The translations under genes were made by a program, and so were the position numbers. A stretch of 64,000 bases of DNA from Elusimicrobiota bacterium (GTDB taxonomy: Bacteria; Elusimicrobiota; Elusimicrobia; UBA1565; UBA9628), in the NCBI GenBank assembly GCA_028868375.1, contig JAGWUP010000003.1, positions 95,693-159,692 on the forward strand, given 5' to 3'. The notes under the pieces were generated by a model, which saw only the letters and a program-made list of their open reading frames with translations, had not been told where the DNA came from and searched no databases. Shown one piece after another: positions 28,850 to 42,155 of the stretch (the stretch's first letter is position 1; each line of letters starts with the position of its first letter).

Positions 28850-30705
28850 GCCCGGCCGTCCTGCTGGCGGGACGGCCGAACACCGGAAAGACCACCCTCT
28901 TCAACGCCCTGACCGGCCTGCGCCAGCGCGTCGCCAACTTCGCCGGCTGCACGGTGGAGCGCGCCGAGGGCCTGGTGCGCGTGGCCGGCGGCGAGTTCGA
29001 GGTCGTCGACCTGCCCGGCACCTTCTCGATCTCCTCCGGCTCCCAGGATGAGTCCATCGCCTTCTCCTTCTTGGCCCAAGCGGCGGCCAGCCGGGCCCTG
29101 CTGGTCTTATGCGTCGCCGAGGCCAGCAATCTCGCCAACGACGCGGCGCTGGCCTGCGCCCTCAAGGCCGCCGGCTACCCCGTCCTCCTGGTCGTCAACA
29201 TGATCGACGAGGCGCGGCTCAACGGCATCGAGATCGACGCCGCCGCCTTAAGCCGCGAGCTGGGCATGCCGGTGCACCTGATCTCGGCGCGCAAGCGCCA
29301 GGGCCTGGGAGAGTTGCGGGCGGCGTTCAAGCAGGTCTCGGACTGCCCGCGGGCACTCGACCTGGAGGGCGCCCCGCGCGAGCGCCTGGAGGAGCTCCAC
29401 ATCTGCGCCACGCGCAGGGCGGAGGCCGCCTGCCTAAAAGCGGTCCGCGTTCCCGGGCGGCCCATCCTCAAGACGATCTCCCGCTCCATCCGCGTCGACC
29501 GCTGGCTCTTCCATCCCCTCCTGGGCCCGCTGGCGCTGGCGCTGACCTTGTTTCTCGTCTTTCAGTCCCTCTTCGCCCTGGGCGAGCCGGCGAAGGACTG
29601 GCTGGCCGCCCTGATGGACTCCGCCTCACTGTGGCTGCGCCCGCATCTGCCGGGAAGCCTGCTTCCCGGCCTCGTCTGCGACGGCTTCATCGCCGGCTTC
29701 TCCGCGGTGGCCACCTTCGTGCCCCAGATCGCCATCCTCTTCCTGCTGATCGGAGCCCTCGAGCAGAGCGGCTACCTGCCGCGGGCGGGGGCGATGGTCG
29801 ACCGGGCCCTGCGCCCCTTCGGCCTGGACGGCAAGGTCTTCATCCCCTTTCTCTCCTCCTTCGCCTGCGCCATCCCCGGCGTCATGGCCGCGCGCACCAT
29901 CCCCAACGAGAAGCGCCGCCTGACCGCCGTCCTGCTCTGCCCGCTGATGACCTGCTCGGCCCGACTGCCCGTCTACGCCTTGATCATCGCCGCCTTCGTT
30001 TCCCCCGCCTTCCGGCCGCTGGGCTTGGACGGCCGCGCCGTCGTCATGGGCGGGCTCTACGTCTTCGGGGTGCTGACGGCCCTGCTCATCGCGCTGGCAT
30101 TGCGCTGGACCAGCCTCTACGAGGCCCAGCCGATGCCGGTCACCGTCTTGCCGCCCTACCGCCTGCCCAAGCCCTCGGAGCTGGCGCGCTACGTCTGGAC
30201 GCGCTGCTGGCACTTCATCTCTCGGGCCGGCCGCGTCATCTTCATGCTGAGCCTGCTCTTGTGGGCGCTGGGCTCCTTTCCGCGCGCTCCGAAAGGCTCG
30301 GCCCCCTCGGTCCAGATCGAGCAGAGCCTGCTCGGCCGCGCGGGGCGCCTGGTCGAGCCGGTCTTTCGCCCCATCGGCTACGACTGGAAGATCAGCGTGG
30401 GGGTGCTCTCGTCGCTGGCCGCCCGGGAGGTCTTCGTCGGCACGATGGGCTCGCTGACCGCCATGAGCGGGCGGGCGGCGACCACCGAGGAGCTGGCGCG
30501 CACCCTGCAGCGCGACTACGGCCTGCCCACGGCCGTCAGCCTCTTGCTTTTCTTCGCCGTCGCCCTGCAATGCGTCTCCACCATCGCCATCGTCCGCCGC
30601 GAGACCGGCGGCTGGAAATGGCCGCTCATCCAATTCGCCTGCCTCTTCGTTCTCGCCTACGCCCTGTCCTTCGCCGGCTACCACCTGACCAAGTTCCTCG
30701 TCTAG
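28846..30705 (+). CDS. feoB: Ferrous iron transport protein B
   Basis: GRPNTGKT, NFAGCTVE, DLPG, NMID GTPase motifs; LEQSGYLPR, FACAIP, MTCSARLPVY, AAREVFV. Confidence 0.95.
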   Translation: MSPAVLLAGRPNTGKTTLFNALTGLRQRVANFAGCTVERAEGLVRVAGGEFEVVDLPGTFSISSGSQDESIAFSFLAQAAASRALLVLCVAEASNLANDAALACALKAAGYPVLLVVNMIDEARLNGIEIDAAALSRELGMPVHLISARKRQGLGELRAAFKQVSDCPRALDLEGAPRERLEELHICATRRAEAACLKAVRVPGRPILKTISRSIRVDRWLFHPLLGPLALALTLFLVFQSLFALGEPAKDWLAALMDSASLWLRPHLPGSLLPGLVCDGFIAGFSAVATFVPQIAILFLLIGALEQSGYLPRAGAMVDRALRPFGLDGKVFIPFLSSFACAIPGVMAARTIPNEKRRLTAVLLCPLMTCSARLPVYALIIAAFVSPAFRPLGLDGRAVVMGGLYVFGVLTALLIALALRWTSLYEAQPMPVTVLPPYRLPKPSELARYVWTRCWHFISRAGRVIFMLSLLLWALGSFPRAPKGSAPSVQIEQSLLGRAGRLVEPVFRPIGYDWKISVGVLSSLAAREVFVGTMGSLTAMSGRAATTEELARTLQRDYGLPTAVSLLLFFAVALQCVSTIAIVRRETGGWKWPLIQFACLFVLAYALSFAGYHLTKFLV

Positions 30706-31453
30706 GCGGACGATCAGCGCGCGCAGCAGGGCTGCCGGCAAGGCAAGCGGCGCCATGCCGGCAGCCTGTTAAAAGCGGGCAGGCCGCGCAAGCCGGCCGA
30801 ACGCGGCAGTGCCGCTTGGCCAGCTCGACGACGAGGGCGTGAAATTCTCCGTAAAGCTCCGGACGGCGCGCCAGCGCGCGCGTGAAAAAATCCTGGGCCT
30901 CGGCGTAGCCCGAGCGCGGGGCGAACCAGCCCAGCCTGCGGCCCAGGCGCAGGGTGTAGGCGTCGACGACGAAGGCGGGGCGGCCCCCGGCGTAGAGGAG
31001 GATGGAGTCGGCCGTCTCCGGCCCCACGCCCCAGAGCCCCAGCAATTCCTCGCGCAGCTCGGGCAGGGGGCGAGACAGCCAGCGCGACAGCCTCCCCCGC
31101 TCTCGCGCGCGCTCGGCGAAGATCCGCAGCTTGCGCGCCTTCTGGCGAAAGTAGCCCGAGGGACGGATCAGGGTTTCTAGCCGGCGCGGCGGCAGGGCCA
31201 GCAGGGCCTTGAAGTCGCGGGCATCCGCCGCGCGCAGGTTCTCCAAGGCGCGCAGGACGTTGCCCCAGGCCGTGTTCTGGGTGAGGATCGCGCCGACGCA
31301 GATTTCCGCGCGCTGGCGCTCGCTTAACTTTCCCCAAACGCCCGGGCGATAGGCCGGGGCGGAGCTTGCGCCGCTGACCGGCCACCAGCCCCGCCGGCCG
31401 AAGGCGCGCAGGAGGCGCCGGTAGACCCAGGGCGGCGAGGCGGGCCGCCTCAG
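30626..31453 (-). CDS. Endonuclease III-related HhH-GPD DNA glycosylase (COG2231-like), probable CTG start
   Basis: GWWP, EICVGAILTQNTAW.NV, IRPSGYFRQKA, LWGVGPETADSILLYA, VVDAYT, FHAL, C-terminal Cys cluster. Conserved residues extend upstream of the ORF-track start. Confidence 0.85.
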   Translation of the reverse strand: MRRPASPPWVYRRLLRAFGRRGWWPVSGASSAPAYRPGVWGKLSERQRAEICVGAILTQNTAWGNVLRALENLRAADARDFKALLALPPRRLETLIRPSGYFRQKARKLRIFAERARERGRLSRWLSRPLPELREELLGLWGVGPETADSILLYAGGRPAFVVDAYTLRLGRRLGWFAPRSGYAEAQDFFTRALARRPELYGEFHALVVELAKRHCRVRPACAACPLLTGCRHGAACLAGSPAARADRPPRRGTWSGGSRRRTGRRRERRGRRIG

Positions 31454-31968
31454 AGCAGTATCCGCGAGCCGCGGCGGTGGCGCCCGGCCAGGCGGACGTA
31501 GCCTTCGGCGCTCTCATGCAAGGAGCGGACCTCGGCGGCGCTCAAGGGCCGCGCGAGCTTGGCCGGCAGGCCGAGGATGAGGCTGCGCGCGGGCGCCGAG
31601 AAGCCCTTGGGCACCAGCGCCCCGGCCGCGACGACGCACTCCCGCCCCAAGCGCGCCTCCATCACGACGGCTCCCATGCCGATCAAGCAGTAGTCGCCGA
31701 TCACGGAGCCGTGGATGATCGCCGAGTGGCCGACGGTCACGCCGCGGCCGATGACTGCCGGACGCCCCGCCCGGCAGTGGACGACGACGCAGTCCTGCAG
31801 GTTCGTCCCGGCGCCGACGCGGATGCCGTCGACGTCGCCGCGCAGGACCGCGTGGGTCCAGATGGAGGCCTCTCGGCCGACGACGACGTCTCCGATGACC
31901 TCGGCGGAGTCGTGGACGAAGGCCGTCGCGTGCAGCCGCGGGCGGCGCTTCTCGAAGGAGCGGATCAT
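31450..31968 (-). CDS. Gamma-carbonic anhydrase family hexapeptide-repeat protein
   Basis: AFVHDSAEVIGDV, VLRGD, TNLQD..VVH, TVGHSAIIHG, LIGMGA. Confidence 0.92.
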   Translation of the reverse strand: MIRSFEKRRPRLHATAFVHDSAEVIGDVVVGREASIWTHAVLRGDVDGIRVGAGTNLQDCVVVHCRAGRPAVIGRGVTVGHSAIIHGSVIGDYCLIGMGAVVMEARLGRECVVAAGALVPKGFSAPARSLILGLPAKLARPLSAAEVRSLHESAEGYVRLAGRHRRGSRILL

Positions 31969-32007
31969 CAGGCCTATTATGATAAAATCTGAATCGTCCT
32001 CCAAGCC

Positions 32008-33609
32008 ATGGATACCCGCAGCGATTTTCTCGTGATCGGAAGCGGGATCGCCGGCCTCTTGGCGGCCCACAAGCTCTCGGCCCTGGGTTCGGTCGCCGTC
32101 CTCACCAAGAAGGAGGCCGCGGAGTCCAACACCAACTACGCCCAGGGCGGCATCGCCGCCGTCATCAGCCGCGCCGACAGCTTCGACTCCCACGTCGCCG
32201 ACACCCTGGGCGCCGGAGCCGGGCTTTGCGACGAGCGCATCGTGCGCCTGGTGGTGGAGGAGGCGCCGGAGCGCATCCGCGAATTGCGGGATCTCGGCGT
32301 GCGCTTCTCGGAGTCCGGCGGACGCCCCGATCTGGGCTTGGAGGGCGGGCATTCGCGCCGGCGCGTTTTGCACGCGGGAGACATCACCGGCCGCGAGATC
32401 GAGCGCGCGCTGCTCTCGGCCTGCCGCTTAAATCCCCGCCTGCGCTTCTTCGAGGGGCATGTCGCCGTCAACCTGATCCTGGACGGCGCCGGCCGCGCCC
32501 GCGGGGCCTACGCCATGGAGCGCCACAGCGGCCGCATCCAAGCCTTCTCGGCCGAGCGCACGATCCTGGCCAGCGGCGGGGCCGGCAAGGTCTATCTCTA
32601 CACCTCGAATCCCGACATCGCCACCGGCGACGGGATGGCGATGGCCCTGCGCGCCGGAGCCAGGCTGGCCAACATGGAGATGGTGCAGTTTCATCCGACC
32701 TGCCTCTTTCATCCCAAGGCCAAGTCCTTCCTGCTCTCCGAGGCCCTGCGCGGCGAGGGCGGCCGGCTGCTGCTCAAGGGCGGGCGGCGCTTCATGCCCG
32801 ACTACGATCCCCGCGCCGAGCTGGCCCCGCGCGACGTCGTCGCGCGCGCCATCGACTCGGAGCTCAAGAAATCGGGGGACGACTGCGTCTATCTCGACAT
32901 GACGCATAAGACCGTCAAGTTCCTGCGCGCGCGCTTTCCCAACATTTACGGCAAGCTGATGGAGCTGGGCCTCGACATGGCCGCGGAGCCCATGCCGGTC
33001 GTGCCGGCCGCGCATTTCTTCTGCGGGGGCGTGCGCGTTAACGAATGGGCGCGCTCGGACATCCCCCGCCTCTATGCGATCGGAGAGGTCGCCCACACCG
33101 GCTTGCACGGGGCCAACCGCCTGGCCTCCAACTCCCTCTTGGAGGGCTGCGTCTTCGCCCACCGCGCCTTCTTGGACATCGAGAAAGAGACCCTGGGCGG
33201 CCGCGGCCGCTCCCTGCCGCGCCGGCGCCCGCCGCTCTGGAATCCCGGCAAGGCCGAGCCGCTGGACGAGGCCGTCGTCATCACCCAGAATTGGGACGAG
33301 ATCCGGCGGCTGATGTGGAACTACGTCGGCATCGTGCGCAGCGACAGGCGCCTTGAGCGCGCCCTGCGCCGGCTGCGCCTCCTGCGCGAGGAGATCGACC
33401 AGTATTACTGGAACTTCATTCTCACCCCGGACTTAATCGAGCTGCGCAACCTGGCCGAGGTCGCCGGCGCCGTCGTCGTCTCCGCGATGGCGCGCAAGGA
33501 AAGCCGCGGCCTGCACTACACCCTGGATCATCCCCGCGCCCGCCGCGGCGCTCGCCGCGACACCCTCGTCGACCGCGAGCTGGTTGCCCGGGCCCTGCGG
33601 CGGGCTTAA
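32008..33609 (+). CDS. nadB: L-aspartate oxidase
   Basis: [67 protein letters not shown]. Confidence 0.96.
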   Translation: MDTRSDFLVIGSGIAGLLAAHKLSALGSVAVLTKKEAAESNTNYAQGGIAAVISRADSFDSHVADTLGAGAGLCDERIVRLVVEEAPERIRELRDLGVRFSESGGRPDLGLEGGHSRRRVLHAGDITGREIERALLSACRLNPRLRFFEGHVAVNLILDGAGRARGAYAMERHSGRIQAFSAERTILASGGAGKVYLYTSNPDIATGDGMAMALRAGARLANMEMVQFHPTCLFHPKAKSFLLSEALRGEGGRLLLKGGRRFMPDYDPRAELAPRDVVARAIDSELKKSGDDCVYLDMTHKTVKFLRARFPNIYGKLMELGLDMAAEPMPVVPAAHFFCGGVRVNEWARSDIPRLYAIGEVAHTGLHGANRLASNSLLEGCVFAHRAFLDIEKETLGGRGRSLPRRRPPLWNPGKAEPLDEAVVITQNWDEIRRLMWNYVGIVRSDRRLERALRRLRLLREEIDQYYWNFILTPDLIELRNLAEVAGAVVVSAMARKESRGLHYTLDHPRARRGARRDTLVDRELVARALRRA

Positions 33610-33626
33610 CCGATCGATGGAGGACC

Positions 33627-36478
<2,852 letters not shown>

Positions 36479-36482
<4 letters not shown>

Positions 36483-36874
36483 GGCTTGGGCCCCGCTTTC
36501 AGGCGGCCGGCCTCCACCAGCAGGATGTCGAGCTTCTCCACGAAGGAGGGAAAGTCGATCGGCTTGCTGGCGTAGCGGCGCAGGGGAGACTCCGGGAAGC
36601 GCCGGCGAGCCTCCTCCAGCGGGATGCTGGTGCAAAACAGCAGCGGGATGCCCCGCAAGGATTCGCTGGCCTGCAGCGCCGCCACCGCCACGTCGGCTCC
36701 CCCGGCCGGCATCTGCAGGTCCATGATGACGATGTCCGGCGAGATGAGCTTGACGCGCGCCAAAAAGGAGACCGGGTCCGGGGCCGTGTAGACCTCATGC
36801 CCCAGGCCGCCGATGAAATCCTTGAGCAGCTCCAGGACTATTTCGTCGTCGTCTACGACCAATATCTTAGCCAA
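36479..36874 (-). CDS. Single-domain response regulator (receiver)
   Basis: KILVVDDD, PDIVIMDLQMP, SKPID; TTG start with GAGG-type RBS. Confidence 0.9.
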
Positions 36875-36883
36875 GCGCCCTCC

Positions 36884-37693
36884 TCATCCGCCCAAGGCTC
36901 CGGCCACTCGACGCGGGTTTAACCCCGACAGCCAGGCCAGCCAGGCCTCCTGCAATTGCCGATAGCTTCGATAATGATAAACCAGCCACAAGGCCTTCTC
37001 GACCTCGACGCCGTCGCGCAGGTCCTTGCACAGGCTCTTGAACTGCAGCGGGGAATGCTTGCGCAGCAGGAAATAGACCAGGGAGTAGGACTGGACGTAC
37101 CAGGCCGACACGCGGGCTCTGCGATCGTGCAGGTCCGCGGTGGGCGAGAGGCTCATCAAGCGCTTAAGATCCAGGGTGTCGCTCTTGGGCAGCGCGGCCA
37201 TCGCCTCGTACCAGTCCGAATGGCCGATCTGCTCGGGCGGCGCCTCCTCCACCATCGCCAAACCCTCGTTGAGCCAATCCGGCGGGTTCTGGCGGCTGCC
37301 CTCGGCCCACCAACTCTCGAAGAGGAGATGCGTCGTCTCATGGGCGATGACGGCCAGCAGCTTCTTCTCGCTCGGCTGGTCGTAGACGGCGACGACGCGC
37401 CGGGAGTAGAAGGAAATCCCGTTGGACCAGGGCGGCGGCGCGAAGCGTCCCTCGGCGTAGGATTGACGGTCCTTGTATAGATAGAGGTTGATGCGCTCCG
37501 CAGGGCCCTGGGGAAAGTAGCCCATATCCATGCGCAGCCGCTCGTGGATGTCCTCCACCTCCAGGGGAAGGCCGGTGGGCAGGAAGGCGTTTTGATGGAA
37601 AATCTCGAAATGAGGAGTCAAGGTCGAGTTCCAGGAGACCGCCGCCCCCGCTCCGCCGGCGACGAGGCAGGACAGCGCTAGCATCGCCCCCAT
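36884..37693 (-). CDS. Exported gluzincin (peptidase MA-like) metallohydrolase
   Basis: Signal peptide; TPHF.I, HETTH, P.WLNEGLA, YVQSYSLVYFL. Confidence 0.8.
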   Translation of the reverse strand: MGAMLALSCLVAGGAGAAVSWNSTLTPHFEIFHQNAFLPTGLPLEVEDIHERLRMDMGYFPQGPAERINLYLYKDRQSYAEGRFAPPPWSNGISFYSRRVVAVYDQPSEKKLLAVIAHETTHLLFESWWAEGSRQNPPDWLNEGLAMVEEAPPEQIGHSDWYEAMAALPKSDTLDLKRLMSLSPTADLHDRRARVSAWYVQSYSLVYFLLRKHSPLQFKSLCKDLRDGVEVEKALWLVYHYRSYRQLQEAWLAWLSGLNPRRVAGALGG

Positions 37694-37804
37694 GGGCCCA
37701 GCTTAGCAGATGTGCCGCGAGGACGCCAGCGCTGCGGCGGGTACCCCGCAATTTGCTAGAATTGAACATTCATGACGCAGCGACCCTCGGAGGTCCGCTC
37801 CCCT

Positions 37805-39235
37805 ATGCATAAGCGCACACTGTTCCTCAATCCCCCCTCCTTCTCCGGATTCGACGGCGGCGCCGGAGCGCGCTACCAGGCCCGCCGCGAGATCAAATCC
37901 TTCTGGTTTCCGACCTGGCTGGCCCAACCGGCGGCCCTCATCCCCGGCTCCAAGCTCATCGACGCCCCGGCCGACGACCTCTCGCTGGAGGAGGTCCTGA
38001 AGCGGGCCAAGGGCTTCGAGCTCTGCGTCTTTCACACCTCCACCCCCTCCTTCGACAACGACTGCCGGGTGGCCCAAGCCCTCAAGGCGCAGGACCCGAC
38101 GATCATGATCGGGTTCGTCGGGGCCCATGTCGCCGTCCTGCCGGAGGAATCCCTCACCGCCTGCCCCGCCATCGATTTCGTGGCGCGCGAGGAGTTCGAC
38201 TACACCCTGCTTGAAGTGGCGCAGGGCAAGCCCTTCTCCCAGGTCTCCGGCCTGTCCTACCGCGAGGACGGCCAGGTCCGCCACAACCCGGACCGGGCCC
38301 TGATCCCGGACATGGACGCCCTGCCCTCCGTCGTCGACGTCTACAAGCGCGACTTGACGATCGAGAACTATTACATCGGCTATCTCAAGCACCCTTATCT
38401 CTCCCTCTACACCGGCCGCGGCTGCCCGGCGCGCTGCACCTTCTGCCTGTGGCCGCAGACGGTGGGCGGGCACGTTTATCGCACCCGCTCGGCGGAGTCG
38501 GTGATCGCGGAATTGACCCGCGCCAAGGCCCTGTTTGCGCAGGTCAAGGAATTCTTCTTCGACGACGACACCTTCACCGCGGACCTGCCGCGAGCGGCCG
38601 CCATCGCCCGCGGCCTGGGGCGCGCGGGGATCACCTGGTCCTGCAACAGCCGGGCGAACGTCCCATACGAATATCTGAAAATCTTCAAGGAAAACGGCCT
38701 GCGCCTGCTGCTGGTGGGCTACGAGAGCGGAAACCAGCAGATACTCAACAACATCAAGAAGGGCATACGCCTGGACATCGCTCGGGAGTTCACCCGCAAT
38801 TGCCGCAAGCTCGGCATCATCATCCACGGCACCTTCATCCTGGGCCTGCCCGGCGAGACGGAGCAGACGATCGAGGAATCGATTCGCTTCGCGCGCAAGC
38901 TGGACGTCGAGACGATCCAGGTCTCCCTGGCGGCCGCCTATCCGGGAACCGAGCTCTATCGGCAGGCCATGAGCAACAAGTGGTACGACGAGAAGGTGCT
39001 GGTGCGCAACGACGGCACCCAAGCCTCCGCGATCCAATATCCGCACCTCTCGGCCGCGCAAATCGAGACCGGCGTCAAGAGATTCTATTCCCGCTTCTAC
39101 GCGCGCCCCCGCCCCATCCTGCGCATGCTGGCCGCCATGGCCAAGGATCCCCAGGAGCGGCGCCGCCGCCTGCGCGAGGGCAAGGAGTTCCTCGACTACC
39201 TGCGCGGGCGCCAGAAGCCGCCCGTCGCGGCCTAA
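37805..39235 (+). CDS. hpnJ: Hopanoid-associated radical SAM protein HpnJ
   Basis: TLFLNPPSFSGFDGGAGARYQARRE...WLAQPAA; RGCPARCTFCLWPQT; FFDDDTFT; IHGTFILGLPGET. Alternative start at 37772. Confidence 0.9.
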   Translation: MHKRTLFLNPPSFSGFDGGAGARYQARREIKSFWFPTWLAQPAALIPGSKLIDAPADDLSLEEVLKRAKGFELCVFHTSTPSFDNDCRVAQALKAQDPTIMIGFVGAHVAVLPEESLTACPAIDFVAREEFDYTLLEVAQGKPFSQVSGLSYREDGQVRHNPDRALIPDMDALPSVVDVYKRDLTIENYYIGYLKHPYLSLYTGRGCPARCTFCLWPQTVGGHVYRTRSAESVIAELTRAKALFAQVKEFFFDDDTFTADLPRAAAIARGLGRAGITWSCNSRANVPYEYLKIFKENGLRLLLVGYESGNQQILNNIKKGIRLDIAREFTRNCRKLGIIIHGTFILGLPGETEQTIEESIRFARKLDVETIQVSLAAAYPGTELYRQAMSNKWYDEKVLVRNDGTQASAIQYPHLSAAQIETGVKRFYSRFYARPRPILRMLAAMAKDPQERRRRLREGKEFLDYLRGRQKPPVAA

Positions 39236-39236
39236 C

Positions 39237-40412
39237 GTGGCCTGGCTGCTGTCCGGCGCGACCGTGCTGGCCCGCCTAAGCGGAGCTTTCACCATCCTCT
39301 TTAGCCTGCTCGCGGCCCTAGCGGCCTCCCGCTTGCTGCGCCGCCGCCATCCGGCCTGGCGGCAGGCCCCCCCGGTGACGATCATCAAGCCCCTCAAGGG
39401 CCTGGATCGCGGGCTCTACGAGAACCTGCGCGGCTTCTGCCGGCTCGACTACCCCAGTTATCAGCTCTTGTTCACGCTGGCCAGCCCCGACGATCCCGCG
39501 CTTGCCCTGCTCAAGCGCTTGCGCGCGGAATTCCCAGATCTCGACATGGAGGTCGTCGTCTCCGGCAAGCTCATCGGCTTCAACCCCAAGGTCAACAACG
39601 CCTCCAACGCCGCGCCCTTCGTCAAGCACGACCTAATCCTCCTGTCGGACTCCGACGTCCGCGTGCGCGAGGACTTCCTGCGCCGCATGACCGCGCCGCT
39701 AGGCGACCCCGGCGTCGGCCTGGTCACCGCCTTCTACCGCGCGGGGCCAGCCGCGGGCTTCTGGAGCCGCCTGGAGTCGCTTTCCGTCAACGCGCAGTTC
39801 CTCCCGCAGGCCCTGGTCGCGGCGGCCTTCGGGATGCGCTTCGCCATGGGCGCCGCGATGCTGGTGCGCCGCGAGGCCTTCGAGAGGGCCGGCGGATTCC
39901 AAGGCATGGCCAACCACTTGGCGGACGACTTCATCCTCGGGGAGGGTGTTAAGTCCGCCGGCTATCGCATCGCCCTGGCCGATTGCGTCGTCGAGTCGAT
40001 GCCGGACGGCGGCGGAGCCCTGGAATGCCTCGGCCACCAGGCGCGTTGGGCGCGGACCATCCGGCTCTGCAATCCGGAGGGCTACCTGGGCTCGATGCCG
40101 CTCCACGGTTTTTCCTGGCTGACCGCGAAGCTCCTGATGATCGGCTTCGATCCCTGGAGCGCAGCGCTGGCCCTGGGCGTGCTCCTGGCCAAGGCCGCCT
40201 CCGGAGCCTTCATCGCGCGCTTGTGCGAGAGCGCCCCCGATTCCGCCCTCCTCTTGCCGTTGAGCGAGTGGCTTTCCTGCGGGGCCTGGCTGTTCGGCTT
40301 CCGCTCCACGAAAGTGCTCTGGCGCGGGCAGCTCTACGAGGTCGAGCCGCGCGGACGGCTCGTCCCGGCGCGAGAGCCCGCCCGGCTGGCGGAGCCCATT
40401 GCCGCGCCCTGA
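39237..40412 (+). CDS. hpnI: HpnI / ceramide-glucosyltransferase-family GT2
   Basis: IIKPLKG, NPKVNN, SDSDVRV, FAMGA, LADDF, HQARWARTIR, VLWRG. Confidence 0.85.
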   Translation: MAWLLSGATVLARLSGAFTILFSLLAALAASRLLRRRHPAWRQAPPVTIIKPLKGLDRGLYENLRGFCRLDYPSYQLLFTLASPDDPALALLKRLRAEFPDLDMEVVVSGKLIGFNPKVNNASNAAPFVKHDLILLSDSDVRVREDFLRRMTAPLGDPGVGLVTAFYRAGPAAGFWSRLESLSVNAQFLPQALVAAAFGMRFAMGAAMLVRREAFERAGGFQGMANHLADDFILGEGVKSAGYRIALADCVVESMPDGGGALECLGHQARWARTIRLCNPEGYLGSMPLHGFSWLTAKLLMIGFDPWSAALALGVLLAKAASGAFIARLCESAPDSALLLPLSEWLSCGAWLFGFRSTKVLWRGQLYEVEPRGRLVPAREPARLAEPIAAP

Positions 40413-40421
40413 GCGCAAGCC

Positions 40422-41444
40422 ATGAAGACGCTGGAGCGCTTGATCCTGCTTGCCGGCGTCGCCACCATCCTCCTCTTGCTGTGGCATTTTAATCCGCGGC
40501 AGGTCTGGGGCATGGTCTCCCGGGTCGGGATCTGGGGGCTGTTGGCGATCCTCTCCTTTCAGATCTGCGACCATACCCTCAACGCCCTGGGCTGGCGCAT
40601 GGCCTTTCCGCGCGAGGACGCCCGCGGAGTGCCGCTTTGGCTGCTGATCAAGGGCCGCCTGGCCGGAGACGGGGTCAACTACCTCACCCCCAGCGGGCAG
40701 ATCGTCGGGGAGCTGGTGCGGCCGGGAATGCTGGGCAAGACGGCCAGCGAGCACGCCAAGAACAGCAGCGTCGTCATCGCGAAGCTCGCCCAGACCATGG
40801 GGCAGGCCTTGTTCATCCTCCTGGGGCTGCTCTTCGTGCTGCAAGGCAAGCTGGACTTTCTCAAGGGCCGCGAACGGGACGCCGCCCTGGCCGTGGGGCT
40901 GGCTCTTTTTTGCCTGGTGGGCGCGGGGCTGTGGTGCCTGGCTTGCGAGAAAACCCCCCGCTGGCTTGCGCGTTTCCGCAAGCTCGAGGGGCTGCGCTCG
41001 CAGTCCCGCTCCTACCTACGCGAGCATCCCGGGCGCTACCTCGCTTCCGTGCTCTTTTTCATGGCCGGCTACGGCTGGGGCGGCTTGGAAACGCTTTTGA
41101 TCTGCCATTTCATGCGCGTCTCCGTCGGCGTCGTCACCGCCTTCGCCATGGAGATACTCTCCAATCTCGTCGACGCGGTCATGTTCATGGTGCCGGCCAA
41201 GATGGGCACGCAGGAGGCGGGCAAGACGGCGATCTTTCGCGGCTTCGGCTATCCCGGCTCTGTCGGCCTGGCCTTCGGCCTGATCCGGCATCTGCGAGAG
41301 TTCGCCTGGGCGAGCGCCGGTTTCTCGCTCTACGCCGCCAATCGCCGCGCCGGCAAGGACTCCTCAATATCCAGTCTTCTGCCGCAGGACGACGCCGCGC
41401 TGCCGCAGCGCCTCCCGGACCCTGGGACTGAGCAGGCTGCGTAG
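40422..41444 (+). CDS. HpnL-like / lysylphosphatidylglycerol-synthase TM (flippase-like) membrane protein
   Basis: NALGW, R.AG..VNYLTP...VGELVR, FMVPAKMGTQE, L.R..RE; located in the hpn cluster. Confidence 0.75.
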   Translation: MKTLERLILLAGVATILLLLWHFNPRQVWGMVSRVGIWGLLAILSFQICDHTLNALGWRMAFPREDARGVPLWLLIKGRLAGDGVNYLTPSGQIVGELVRPGMLGKTASEHAKNSSVVIAKLAQTMGQALFILLGLLFVLQGKLDFLKGRERDAALAVGLALFCLVGAGLWCLACEKTPRWLARFRKLEGLRSQSRSYLREHPGRYLASVLFFMAGYGWGGLETLLICHFMRVSVGVVTAFAMEILSNLVDAVMFMVPAKMGTQEAGKTAIFRGFGYPGSVGLAFGLIRHLREFAWASAGFSLYAANRRAGKDSSISSLLPQDDAALPQRLPDPGTEQAA

Positions 41445-42155
41445 CTCGGTCAGGGTGTGGTGGGTGGGCGTAGGAACATCCTCGACCTCGCTGCCTGAGC
41501 GGGCGCTGGGGTGCAGATAGATTTCGGTTTCTCCTGGAGGCAGTCGTTCGATAAGCCAGAGGAGATAGTCCTCCGTCATAGTGCCGGAGCGCAGCAGGCC
41601 GAAGGTCCGCTCCGGCACCTCCACGTTGCCGCGGCGCGGCCGCAGCCCGGCTCGCAGCGTCCCGAAGGCGGCGGCCAGGCCCGAGCGCGAGAGCGCGTGG
41701 TCGCGGCGGTAGCCCAAGCAAGCGGAAAGCTCGCCTCCCGGCAGGCGCAGGCGCGGCACGCCCCGCCGCTCGCAGGATCGGCGCAGCAGCGGGAAAATCA
41801 CCGGATGGACGTGGATGTTGAAATGGCCGTCCGCGTGCGTCGGAGAAATTCCCAGGGCGCCCAACTTGTCGAACTGGCGCTCGATCTCCGGCTTGATGCG
41901 CGCTCGATCGGAGGGCGAGAAAAAATAACGCATCCCCCAAAGTCCGGGATGGTCCCCGCAAAGCTCCAGGTGCAGGCCCACCCCCAGCCCGGGATTTTCC
42001 CGCGCCAGCCGCGCGGCTTCTTCGGCCCCGGGGCGGTCGACCATGAGGCTGGCGTAGCGCAGCACTCCCTCCCGGTAGGCACGGATGACGGCTTCGTTGA
42101 CCGCGGAATCGTAGCCGAAGTCGTCTGCGGTGACGATCAAGGAGCGCGTCGTCAC
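41364..42155 (-). CDS. hpnK: HpnK / ChbG-YdjC family deacetylase
   Basis: LIVTADDFG...VNEAV, ASLMV, VGLHL, THADGH..IHVHP, FGLL.SG.M, TEIYLHP. Confidence 0.85.
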   Translation of the reverse strand: MTTRSLIVTADDFGYDSAVNEAVIRAYREGVLRYASLMVDRPGAEEAARLARENPGLGVGLHLELCGDHPGLWGMRYFFSPSDRARIKPEIERQFDKLGALGISPTHADGHFNIHVHPVIFPLLRRSCERRGVPRLRLPGGELSACLGYRRDHALSRSGLAAAFGTLRAGLRPRRGNVEVPERTFGLLRSGTMTEDYLLWLIERLPPGETEIYLHPSARSGSEVEDVPTPTHHTLTELRSLLSPRVREALRQRGVVLRQKTGY

